Shown piece after piece: positions 1-10,820 of a DNA stretch of 62,509 bases. Position numbers and translations under genes: made by a program. This stretch comes from Agathobacter sp. Its GTDB lineage: Bacteria > Bacillota > Clostridia > Oscillospirales > Acutalibacteraceae. Where the stretch lies: NCBI GenBank assembly GCA_963656085.1, contig CAVKHV010000001.1:1-62509 (forward strand). Reading direction: 5' to 3'. Within the stretch, counting starts at the first letter, position 1; each line of letters begins with the position of its first letter. A model generated the notes under the pieces. The model was not told the origin of the DNA, ran no database searches, and was given only the letters and a program-made list of their open reading frames with translations.

Positions 1-23
1 AGGCAGGAAGGGAGGGATGATCC

Positions 24-3000
24 ATGGCGGCAGGACGCGACATCCGCGGCATTACAGTAACCATCGGCGGCGACACGACAAAATTACAGGAGTCATTGTC
101 GGCAGTCAACAAGACAATCAAAAATACACAGTCACAGCTGAAGGACGTGGAGAAGCTCTTAAAGCTCGATCCCTCCAACACCGAGCTTGTGGCGCAGAAG
201 CAGAGACTCTTAGCCGATGCAATCAAGGAAACCAAAGAGAAGCTCGATACCCTCAAAACAGCTGCACAGCAGGCAAACCAGCAGCTATCTGACGGAAAGA
301 TCACGCAGGATCAGTACGACGCGCTTCAGCGTGAGATCATCGAAACCGAAGAGGCTCTGAAGAACCTCGAAAAACAGGCGGCTACCACCAATGCCACCCT
401 TGCCAAGATCGATGAGGTCGGCGGCAAGCTACAGACGGCGGGCAGCGCCATCGAGGGTGTGGGCAATAAGCTCATGCCTCTGAGCGCAGGTGTGACTGCT
501 CTCGGCGTTGCCGGACTCAAGGTCGCTACCGACTTTGAAAAGGGCATGTCGCAGGTTAAGGCTATCACGGGCGCAACGGGTGAGGACTTCGAGCGTCTGC
601 GTGAGAAAGCTATCCAGCTTGGCGCGGACACGGCGTTCTCCTCCGGCGAGGTTGCCGACGCTATGACCGAAATGGCGAAGGCGGGCTGGACGACCGAACA
701 AATCCTTGACGGTATGGCTGGTGTGCTGGACGCAACAGCGGCTTCCGGCGAGAGCCTCGGCTCTGTGGCAACCATCGTAGCGGACGCGATCACAGGCTTC
801 GGTCTTGCGGCTGCGGACTCGTCCCGTGTGGCTGACCTCATGACTCAGGCGGCGAACTCCGGCACCATCGGCATCACCGATCTTGGTGAGTCTTATAAAT
901 ACATCGCGCCGGTTGCGCAGTCCATGGGGCTTTCCATTGAGGACGTTACCACGGCGATTTCCGCAATGTCCATGGCGGGCATCAAAGGCTCTCAGGCAGG
1001 TACGGCATTGAGAACTGTACTTGCCAATTTGGTCAAGCCCTCGGACACCATGGCGAATGCTATGGCTGACCTTGGCATCAACATCACCAACAGCGACGGC
1101 TCGTTCAAGTCATTAAATGAAATCGTCGGGATTTTGAGAACATCCTTCTCTACGCTGGATGACGACCAGAAAGCCTACTACGCAACCGTTCTCGGCGGCA
1201 AGGAGGGTATGTCGGGACTGCTGTCGCTTCTGAACCTTACGGCAGACGAGTATGACGCGCTGTCCGAATCCATGAACACCTGCTCCGGCATTGCAGGTGA
1301 GACTGCTTCCATCATGCAGGATAACCTCCTGAGCAGACTGGAGCAGTTGGGCGGTGCGCTGGAGTCTCTGGCGATCAAACTTGCCGACTATGTGATCCCG
1401 TTTCTCACCAGGACTGTGGAAAAGGTCACGGCGTTTGTGGATTCGCTCACGGAATTGTCTCCCGAAACCCAAAAGACTATACTCGCCATCGGCGGCATTG
1501 TCGCGGCGGCTGGTCCTTTGCTTGTCATCCTCGGCAAAACCATCAGTGCGGTAGGCTCTGCCATGAAGGGATTTTCTTCACTGGGGAAGGGTCTATTAAC
1601 TGTGGTCGCCAAGGTCAAAGGTGCGGGCGGAGCGATGGGACTTCTTAAGGGCGCAATCGCGGCTCTGACAAGCCCTATCGCCATTGTGGTCGCGGCAATC
1701 GCCGTACTGACAGCGGCATTTGTCAACTTATGGAAGAATAATGAGGAATTCCGAAATAAGGTGACCGCCATCTGGGAGGGCGTGAAGGCAAAGTTCGAGG
1801 CGTTCTCTCAGGGCATCGTGGACAGGCTCAACGCTCTCGGCTTTGACTTTAAGAATATCACCGAAGTGCTGAAAGCGGTCTGGGACGGCTTCTGCAATCT
1901 GCTTGCACCTGTATTCGAAGCAGCGTTTGAGATCATCTCGGCGACTCTCGGTACGGTGCTGGATGTGCTGACAGGGCTGTTCGATGTATTCGCCGGTATC
2001 TTCACCGGCAACTGGGATCAGGCATGGACTGGTGTGAAGGAGATCTTCTCCGGCATCTGGAACGGGATCAAGAGCATACTGTCCTCCGTTCTGAATATGC
2101 TAAGGAGCCTTGCAGATACCTTCCTTAGCTGGTTCGGTACGGACTGGAATACCGTGTGGACGAGCATTAAGACCTTCTTCGAGGGGGTATGGAATGGGAT
2201 CTGCACCTTCTTTACCAATGCCGTAAACGGTATTAAAACTGTGGCAATCAACATCTGGACGGCGATTTCTGGTTTCTTCACCTCAGTGCTGACAGGGATT
2301 AAAACGACCTTCACTACGGTGTGGAACGCCATTTCCACAGCAATCTCAACCGTGATGAATACGATTAAGACGGTCGTCACAACGGTCTGGACGGCAATTT
2401 CCACGGCGGTAATTACTGTGGTAAATACGATAAAGACTGTGATTACAACCGTATGGAATGCCATCTCCGGCACGATCACCACAGTGATGAACGCGATCCG
2501 CAATACCATTGCTACGATCTGGAATGGCATTTACACCACGATAGAGCCTTTGCTCTCTGCATTTAAGTATCTGTTTGAAATCATCTGGATGGCAATCAAG
2601 ATCATTATTACCAATGCGCTAAATGCCATCAAGACGGCAATTACCACGGTCTGGAACGCTATTGTGGCTTTCCTCACGCCGATACTGAATGCCATCAAGA
2701 CGACATTTACAACCATCTGGAACGGAATCAAGACAGTGATTTCTACCGTCCTTACAGTCATTAAAACCGCCATTACGACCGCATGGAATGCCATCAGCAC
2801 TACAATCTCCACGGTCATGACGGCAATTCAGACAAAGCTCACTACGGCATGGAATGCGGTAAAGACAGTTATCACAACTGTGCTAAATGTGATAAAATCC
2901 GTCATCACCACAGTCTGGAATGGGATAAAAACTGTCATCACCACCGTTATGACGGCAATCAAGACCGGCGTTACAAATGCATGGAACGGAATTAAAACCT

Positions 3001-4607
3001 CCGTCTCCTCTGTGGTCAATGCCATTAAGTCTGCGGTCACGACCGCATGGAATGGCATCAAGACTTCGGTCACCAATGTCATGAATTCCATCAAGACCTC
3101 GGTGACGGGTATCTGGAACAACATGAAGTCCGGGATATCCTCTACGATCACCGGCATCAAGACGACCATCACCAATGGCTTCAACAGCGCGGTGAATTTC
3201 ATTAAAAATCTCGGCTCACAGGCATTCTCATGGGGCTCCGATATGATCGGCAATGTCGTGTCCGGTATCAAGAGCAAGATCAACGCGGTCGCCGACGCTG
3301 TGCGCTCGGTCGCCAACAAGATCCGTTCCTTCCTGCACTTCTCTGTGCCGGATGAGGGACCTCTGGCGGATATGCAGAGCTGGATGCCCGACTTCATGAG
3401 CAACATCGCAGGCGGCATCAACGGAAATGTGGCTCTGGTGGAGCAGGCGGCGAATGGCTTAAGTACTACGCTTGCAAACTCAATCACCAACAGCATGACG
3501 GCCGTGCAGACCGCATACACGACTGCTTGGACAAAGATCGCCCAGAGCACGACTTTGTCGGCAACACAGGTTACAACGGCAGTTACCCAGGCATGGGCGC
3601 AGGTGCAGATGGTTACGAGCACCAGCTGGAGCAAAATCGGTCAAGTGGTTACGCAGGGCATGACCCAGATCCAGAGCGGAATCCAGAAAGTATCCGCCTC
3701 CATCAATCAGGTCATGAACCAGGCATGGACGGGAAGCAGCGGAGATACGACCTCCATGTGGACAAAGATGCAGCAGACGATCAACGCCTCTGCAACGGCC
3801 ATGCGGAGCGCTGTGGATACAGCAATGGGTGTAATAAAAAACACCATCGCAAATACCTTCACGGCGATTACCTCGAATGCTACTACAAGCTGGGCAACCA
3901 TTAAGAATACCATCACCACACAGCTCAGTACCATCAAGAGCAATGTGACCTCGGCAACCAATGAGATCAAGAATTCCTTCAGTAGCTCCTTTACACAGGT
4001 GGCGAGCACAGTAAGCTCGAAGATGTCAGACGCAAATTCCAACATGACCAGCGCCCTGAACTCAATGAAGAGCAATGTAAGCAGTGCTTGCTCCTCCATC
4101 CGCAGCAGCGTGGCAAGCTACCTCAGCATGGGAAGCAGCGCCTACGTCTGGGGTAAAGACATCTGCGTCCAGATGGCGGCGGGCATCAACGACAACGCAT
4201 ACCGGGTAAAGAGCGCGGCGAGAAATCTTGCGTCGGCGATCAACATCACGCTCGGCTTTTCCGTGCCGGAGGAAGGACCTCTGTCGGACGCGGACGAGTA
4301 TATGCCCGACTTCATGGAGCTTCTTGCGAAGGGCATCAAGGACAGCGGTAAACTGGTGCTGAACTCGGTGAAAGAACTGTCGTCCTCTATGGGAAATGCT
4401 TTCACAGGTCTGAGCGTACCCGACTTCAACGCAGGTCAGCTTGCAATGGCGGGAGGCGGCGTATCCAACAGCCACACCGTCAACATGGGCGGCTTGTCGG
4501 TTGTGGTCAACGGCTATGAGGCGCAAAATGACGATGAGCTTGCTGACACCATCGTCCGGCGCATCAATGAGATGCTCGGCGAGGACGGCGCGGTGTGGGG
4601 AAGGTAA
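24..4607 (+). CDS. Phage tail tape measure protein (TP901-family core)
   Basis: 1527-aa ORF with RBS GGGAGGGA 6 nt upstream of the ATG. The N-terminal third carries the TMP core pattern (KAITGATGEDFERLREKAIQLGADTAFSSGEVADAMTEMAKAGW). The middle is a long Thr/Val/Ile/Trp periodic repeat region. Confidence 0.9.
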   Translation: MAAGRDIRGITVTIGGDTTKLQESLSAVNKTIKNTQSQLKDVEKLLKLDPSNTELVAQKQRLLADAIKETKEKLDTLKTAAQQANQQLSDGKITQDQYDALQREIIETEEALKNLEKQAATTNATLAKIDEVGGKLQTAGSAIEGVGNKLMPLSAGVTALGVAGLKVATDFEKGMSQVKAITGATGEDFERLREKAIQLGADTAFSSGEVADAMTEMAKAGWTTEQILDGMAGVLDATAASGESLGSVATIVADAITGFGLAAADSSRVADLMTQAANSGTIGITDLGESYKYIAPVAQSMGLSIEDVTTAISAMSMAGIKGSQAGTALRTVLANLVKPSDTMANAMADLGINITNSDGSFKSLNEIVGILRTSFSTLDDDQKAYYATVLGGKEGMSGLLSLLNLTADEYDALSESMNTCSGIAGETASIMQDNLLSRLEQLGGALESLAIKLADYVIPFLTRTVEKVTAFVDSLTELSPETQKTILAIGGIVAAAGPLLVILGKTISAVGSAMKGFSSLGKGLLTVVAKVKGAGGAMGLLKGAIAALTSPIAIVVAAIAVLTAAFVNLWKNNEEFRNKVTAIWEGVKAKFEAFSQGIVDRLNALGFDFKNITEVLKAVWDGFCNLLAPVFEAAFEIISATLGTVLDVLTGLFDVFAGIFTGNWDQAWTGVKEIFSGIWNGIKSILSSVLNMLRSLADTFLSWFGTDWNTVWTSIKTFFEGVWNGICTFFTNAVNGIKTVAINIWTAISGFFTSVLTGIKTTFTTVWNAISTAISTVMNTIKTVVTTVWTAISTAVITVVNTIKTVITTVWNAISGTITTVMNAIRNTIATIWNGIYTTIEPLLSAFKYLFEIIWMAIKIIITNALNAIKTAITTVWNAIVAFLTPILNAIKTTFTTIWNGIKTVISTVLTVIKTAITTAWNAISTTISTVMTAIQTKLTTAWNAVKTVITTVLNVIKSVITTVWNGIKTVITTVMTAIKTGVTNAWNGIKTSVSSVVNAIKSAVTTAWNGIKTSVTNVMNSIKTSVTGIWNNMKSGISSTITGIKTTITNGFNSAVNFIKNLGSQAFSWGSDMIGNVVSGIKSKINAVADAVRSVANKIRSFLHFSVPDEGPLADMQSWMPDFMSNIAGGINGNVALVEQAANGLSTTLANSITNSMTAVQTAYTTAWTKIAQSTTLSATQVTTAVTQAWAQVQMVTSTSWSKIGQVVTQGMTQIQSGIQKVSASINQVMNQAWTGSSGDTTSMWTKMQQTINASATAMRSAVDTAMGVIKNTIANTFTAITSNATTSWATIKNTITTQLSTIKSNVTSATNEIKNSFSSSFTQVASTVSSKMSDANSNMTSALNSMKSNVSSACSSIRSSVASYLSMGSSAYVWGKDICVQMAAGINDNAYRVKSAARNLASAINITLGFSVPEEGPLSDADEYMPDFMELLAKGIKDSGKLVLNSVKELSSSMGNAFTGLSVPDFNAGQLAMAGGGVSNSHTVNMGGLSVVVNGYEAQNDDELADTIVRRINEMLGEDGAVWGR
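2190..3179 (+). repeat. 15 consecutive in-frame 66-bp (22-aa) repeats with an invariant Trp, inside the tape measure gene
   Basis: Counting codons, a Trp codon recurs exactly every 22 codons, 15 times (WNAISTAISTVMNTIKTVVTTV and variants). 15 x 66 = 990 bp, which is the span given. Confidence 0.85.
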
Positions 4608-4664
4608 AAAAACAAACTGCTCCTCTTAAATTGAATCTTTTTTGCAAATTTTTATTATACCCGC

Positions 4665-4693
4665 TTGACATATACACGCAAAACGGGTATAAT
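4665..4693 (+). promoter_or_regulatory. Consensus sigma-A promoter of the higBA cassette
   Basis: TTGACA (4665-4670), 17-nt spacer, TATAAT (4688-4693). The higB ATG is only 8 nt downstream of the -10 box and no Shine-Dalgarno is present. Confidence 0.6.
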
Positions 4694-4701
4694 GTAATTG
4701 C

Positions 4702-4986
4702 ATGATAAAGAGCTTCAATGACAAGGAAACGCAGAAAATCTATCAGCAGATTTTCTCAAAGAAGCTCCCACATGATATCCAGCGAGTGGCACTGCGAAAG
4801 CTGATCATGATAGACAATGCGGGATGTTTGGAGGATCTGAGAGTTCCTCCCGCAAACCGTCTGGAAGCACTCCACGGCGACAGGGAAGGACAATACAGCA
4901 TTCGAATCAATGATCAGTATCGCATTTGCTTTTCGGTAGAAGAACGAAATGAGTTTTATAATGTCGAAATCGTGGATTATCATTAG
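4702..4986 (+). CDS. higB: HigB toxin (RelE/ParE superfamily, type II TA)
   Basis: 94 aa with the HigB pattern: MIKSF...K....LP...........L..A....DL..PP.NRLE.L.GDR.GQYSIRINDQYRICF......V.IVDYH. It lies immediately upstream of a HigA-type HTH gene, the reversed toxin-first order typical of higBA. Confidence 0.85.
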   Translation: MIKSFNDKETQKIYQQIFSKKLPHDIQRVALRKLIMIDNAGCLEDLRVPPANRLEALHGDREGQYSIRINDQYRICFSVEERNEFYNVEIVDYH

Positions 4987-5028
4987 CGGAGCGTGGGCAT
5001 ACTATGATATGCAGAGAGGAGGAGCAGC

Positions 5029-5331
5029 ATGGCTGAGTATATCAAAGCTCCTACGATGAGTGAAATTCTCAAAGAGGAGTTCATGGAGCCGATGAATATA
5101 TCGGCTTACAAGCTGGCACAGAGCATACATGTACCTGTGTCCAGAATACAGTCTATCTTGAACAGCGGACGGAGAATTACCCCCGACACGTCTTTGAGAT
5201 TGGCTAAGTTCTTCGGTGTATCGGACAGATATTTTCTGGACTTGCAGAATGACATCGACATACGGGCACTGAAAACGAGTATGGCAAAGGACATCGCGGA
5301 GATAGAGCCGTATAGGGTCGCCGTGATGTAA
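5029..5331 (+). CDS. higA: HigA antitoxin (Xre/HTH_3 antidote protein)
   Basis: 100 aa. SEILKEEFMEPMNISAYKLAQSIHVPVSRIQSILNSGRRITPDTSLRLAKFFGVSDRYFLDLQNDID matches the HigA antidote family pattern. RBS GAGGAGGAG lies upstream. Confidence 0.85.
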   Translation: MAEYIKAPTMSEILKEEFMEPMNISAYKLAQSIHVPVSRIQSILNSGRRITPDTSLRLAKFFGVSDRYFLDLQNDIDIRALKTSMAKDIAEIEPYRVAVM

Positions 5332-5355
5332 AAAAGCAATAACACAGCGCAAGAA

Positions 5356-5387
5356 AGCATCTTGGAGAAATCCAGGGTGCTTTTTTC
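5356..5387 (+). terminator. Rho-independent terminator of higBA
   Basis: 10-bp stem AGCATCTTGG / CCAGGGTGCT with two G.U pairs that form only in the + strand RNA, a 6-nt loop, then TTTTTT. Confidence 0.7.
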
Positions 5388-5407
5388 ATGCGCGGAAAGG
5401 AGTGCGT

Positions 5408-6112
5408 ATGCAGAGAATACCGACTCTGTCCGAGACGGACATGAGCCTTTTTGAAATAAAGACAAGATTCGTCAGAAACTATCTGACCTTTGCGGGAAAG
5501 AACAGCAAGGACTTCTTGCTCTATATCTCAGGACCCGGCGTGTACAATAGCCCGGCTGTGGATATGGAACTGCAATCAGTACCGGGCAGAAACGGCGACC
5601 TCATAAGGGACAAGGTTTATACCATCGAAGGCAACACCAGCGACATGGTGGCACGGAGGAGCTATGCGCTGAATAACAGCCGCATCCTCGGTTATGGGCG
5701 GCCTGCGTATGATGAGGTTACGATGCCGACCAAACCGACGAGCACAACCCGGTATTACCGTGTGAGAACGTCGTGGGCTGATAAGTCTTCGCAGATTGCG
5801 GCGTGCGTGGTTCTCCAGAACGCCATAAATATCGCTGATCTGAATAAAGGATTTTCCGTTTTCGATGAAGACGGAAAGTGCGTCTACGGACCGGCGATGG
5901 AAACCTTCACCCCGTATCGCGTCCGTGTGAGCATTTCTGACCTTCGGATTAGAACGGGCCCGGGTACAGATTACGAGTGGACTGGAAAATACACAGGCAA
6001 AGGCGTGTTTACCGCTGTTGCGGAAAGCGCGGGCAAGGGCTCCGATAAAGGCTGGATGAAGCTCAAATCCGGAGCGGGATGGTGCAGTTTGGACTACTGC
6101 GAAAAGCTATAA
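5408..6112 (+). CDS. Chimeric phage ORF: distal tail protein (Dit) N-terminus fused to endolysin-type cell-wall-binding C-terminus (SH3b-like)
   Basis: RBS GAAAGGAG precedes ATG 5408. The N-terminal ~75 aa (NYLTFAGKNSKDFLLYISGPGVYNSPAVDMELQSVPGRNGDLI) fit the siphovirus tail-component N-terminal pattern. The C-terminal half has RYYRVRTSWADKSSQIAAC...FSVFDEDGKCVY and YRVRVSISDLRIRTGPGTDY...GWMKLKSGAGWCSLDY, both typical of clostridial phage lysin wall-binding modules. Confidence 0.55.
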   Translation: MQRIPTLSETDMSLFEIKTRFVRNYLTFAGKNSKDFLLYISGPGVYNSPAVDMELQSVPGRNGDLIRDKVYTIEGNTSDMVARRSYALNNSRILGYGRPAYDEVTMPTKPTSTTRYYRVRTSWADKSSQIAACVVLQNAINIADLNKGFSVFDEDGKCVYGPAMETFTPYRVRVSISDLRIRTGPGTDYEWTGKYTGKGVFTAVAESAGKGSDKGWMKLKSGAGWCSLDYCEKL

Positions 6113-6122
6113 GACCTATTAG

Positions 6123-6158
6123 GGGATCGGTGTAACAGCCGGTCCCTTCTTCGTTTTC
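6123..6158 (+). terminator. Rho-independent terminator after the chimeric phage ORF
   Basis: Stem GGGATCGG / CCGGTCCC (one G.U pair, valid on the + strand), 8-nt loop, followed by TTCTTCGTTTTC. Confidence 0.55.
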
Positions 6159-6171
6159 AGGAGGAGAAGGG

Positions 6172-6351
6172 ATGCTAAGGATACTTGAACTGGAAGGCCA
6201 ACAGTTCGGAGAACTAACAGCTATTGAGCGGGCTCCGAACCATGTTGATAAAACAGGCAGGATACGAATATGCTGGAGATCGCTTGCTATATCGCGCTTG
6301 ATTACTGCCAGAAGCTGTGACCCTCATCTGCTTATGATCAACCGCAGATAA
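6172..6351 (+). CDS. Small hypothetical phage ORF (59 aa, below the ORF-track cutoff)
   Basis: Strong RBS AGGAGGAGAAGGG precedes the ATG. The N-terminus (LEGQQFGELTAIERAPNHVDKTGRIRICW) resembles a small, widespread phage/ICE protein family recalled from memory. The call is weak. Confidence 0.3.
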   Translation: MLRILELEGQQFGELTAIERAPNHVDKTGRIRICWRSLAISRLITARSCDPHLLMINRR

Positions 6352-6506
6352 TTTGCTGCAATAATCCGCATGTATTCGCTAAAATGTAAGTGAGTCAAAA
6401 GGGCGCGAAAAAGTTAACAGGCTCAGGACGAAAGTGAGCCATTGTCAACACCGGAGAAATCCGCTATCCTTAGTTTGTCTCAAGAACTAAGGGAGGTAGC
6501 AGAAAG

Positions 6507-8729
<2,223 letters not shown>

Positions 8730-9355
8730 AATCTCGCGCGCCAGATTTGATGCAGCCGCGCACGAAAACGGACGCATTCGGTCTTACCAAAGGGCTCCAA
8801 AATTGATGCATTGGGGCTCTGCGTGGGGCACGCGACTTGACGCAAAAGGTCACGAGGTAGCAGATTGTTCGCATTCAGTCAAGGGCTTCGCAAGTGGCTT
8901 CGCCACCCTTGACTGCCTGCGCTCAATCTGCTATGCGGCGGCCAAGGCAAGCATGGACAAGCCCTGCTTGCCTGCAATCCACTTCCTACTTCTTCCCGGC
9001 GTTGACAGCGCTAACTTTTTGGGTGACCTTTTGCATCACTTTTTACTTGACGAACACATCCGCAGGTAAGTTGAAAAAACAGGAAGAAACAGGGCGCTTT
9101 GGAGCCTGCATTGTGCCCGAAGATAAGCCCCTGTTTTCTCCCGTTTTCTCCGCGTCTCTACCTATAATATGCTTGATATATGGTGCATAGGACGGTAACA
9201 TGTTGTAAACCAAAGAAGGGAGGCACTGGCATGAAACGAAGACCAATACCCCTACAATACCATAAATTCTTCTCGGACACTCGGCTCATACAAGGAAATC
9301 AATGCTGTTTCATACCGTGCAGCGCACTTCGTAAAAGAGGATCGAGCGCCGCGTG

Positions 9356-10771
9356 TTATTTGAATTTTTCAACCTTTATAAGGTTGGTGGTGCCTGAGCA
9401 TCCGTTGGTAACGCCGCCCGTTATTACTATCTCGTCGCCCGACGAAAGCGACAGCGTTCTCCCGGCTATTTTTTTAACGTTCTCAAACAACTCGTCGGTT
9501 GTATTAAACTGTTGGCAGAGCAGCGGCGTAACCCCCCACGACAACGCCAGGCGACGCCAGGTTTTTTCGTTGGTCGTTATGCCGAGAATGTCGACGTCGG
9601 GACGAAATCTTGAAACCATACGCACCGTCATACCCGAAAGCGAGCAGGCGACTATCGCCTTCGCGCCGATATCCATTGCCATAGCGCAGGTGGCGTGGGA
9701 AATAGCGTCAACCGTGTTGCGGATTTTAAAATCGGAACCGTAGAACCGCTTTGCGTAATGAATGTTGCGCTCGGTACTTTCGGCAATTTTGGACATGGTA
9801 GCCACCGCTTCAACGGGGTATTTGCCGGCTGCGCTCTCGCCCGACAGCATAATTGCGCTGGTGCCGTCGTAAACGGCGTTGGCAACGTCGGATATCTCCG
9901 CCCTTGTCGGCCGCGGATTGTATATCATGGATTCAAGCATCTCGGTCGCGGTTATGACCCGTTTGCCGAGCAGGCGGCATTTTGTAATCAGTTTTTTCTG
10001 TATTGCGGGGAGTTCTTCAAACGGAATTTCAACCCCCATATCGCCGCGCCCTATCATTATCCCTTCGCAATATTTGCATATTTCTTCAATATTGTCAACA
10101 CCGGGTTGATTTTCGATTTTTGCGATAAGGGAAATATCCTCGTGGCCGCATTCTTTCAAAAATTCACGCATTGCTATAAGGTCTTCGGCGCGCGAAACGA
10201 ACGAACAGGCTATATAATCAATGTCATTTTCAAGTCCGAACCTGATGTCCTCTTTGTCCTGACGGCTTAAAAATTCCTGCTTAAGAACCTTGCCGGGAAA
10301 ACTCATACTTTTACGGTTTGAAAGTTCGCCCCCTATAACGGTTACGCAGTTAAGCTCGGTATCGGTTCGGCTTTCAACCTTAAAAGATAAAAGTCCGTTG
10401 TTAAGCAGTATGGTATCGCCAACGTCAAGGTCGCGCGCAAGCCCCTCGTAACTTACCGATACACGGTGTTCATCCCCTATGACTTCTTCGGTTGTAAAGG
10501 TGAATTTATCGCCTTTTTTAAGAAAAACACTTCCGTCTTTAAAGGTTCTGATGCGGTATTCGGGGCCTTTTGTATCAAGCATAATTGCTATCGGCAGATT
10601 AAGTTCCTGCCGCACCTGCTTTATAAGGTCAATGTTCTTTTTGTGGTCCTCGTGTGTTCCGTGCGAAAAATTCAGCCGCGCAACATTCATACCTGCCTGC
10701 GCCATTCCCGTAAGGGCGGAATGGTTGTTGCTTGAAGGACCGATTGTACATACTATTTTCGTTTTTCTCAA
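9356..10771 (-). CDS. pyk: Pyruvate kinase
   Basis: 471 aa. MRKTKIVCTIGPSS..., MNVARLNFSHG, and full-length PK pattern. Confidence 0.95.
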   Translation of the reverse strand: MRKTKIVCTIGPSSNNHSALTGMAQAGMNVARLNFSHGTHEDHKKNIDLIKQVRQELNLPIAIMLDTKGPEYRIRTFKDGSVFLKKGDKFTFTTEEVIGDEHRVSVSYEGLARDLDVGDTILLNNGLLSFKVESRTDTELNCVTVIGGELSNRKSMSFPGKVLKQEFLSRQDKEDIRFGLENDIDYIACSFVSRAEDLIAMREFLKECGHEDISLIAKIENQPGVDNIEEICKYCEGIMIGRGDMGVEIPFEELPAIQKKLITKCRLLGKRVITATEMLESMIYNPRPTRAEISDVANAVYDGTSAIMLSGESAAGKYPVEAVATMSKIAESTERNIHYAKRFYGSDFKIRNTVDAISHATCAMAMDIGAKAIVACSLSGMTVRMVSRFRPDVDILGITTNEKTWRRLALSWGVTPLLCQQFNTTDELFENVKKIAGRTLSLSSGDEIVITGGVTNGCSGTTNLIKVEKFK

Positions 10772-10820
10772 TTTTACCGTCCCCTTTGTTTGTCGGTTAA
10801 TTCCTGATTTAAACAGAATA

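Noticed and set aside
2190-3179. The regular 66-bp periodicity could suggest a CRISPR array or a satellite.
   Set aside because: The repeats are degenerate at the DNA level, contiguous with no unique spacers, in frame and translated as part of the TMP. No cas genes are present.
326-4526. Many long ORFs overlapping the tape measure gene on the minus strand and in other + frames (for example 326..841, 2018..2530, 2828..3634, 3707..4099, 4062..4526).
   Set aside because: They are mirror or shifted readings of a highly repetitive Thr/Val/Ala-rich gene. They have low-complexity compositions, no RBS, and lie entirely inside a confidently identified 1527-aa TMP.
9180-9743. The 187-aa + strand ORF as a real gene.
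   Set aside because: About 390 nt of it is antisense to the conserved pyruvate kinase gene. Only its first ~40 codons lie outside pyk. It is treated as a truncated remnant at the island junction.
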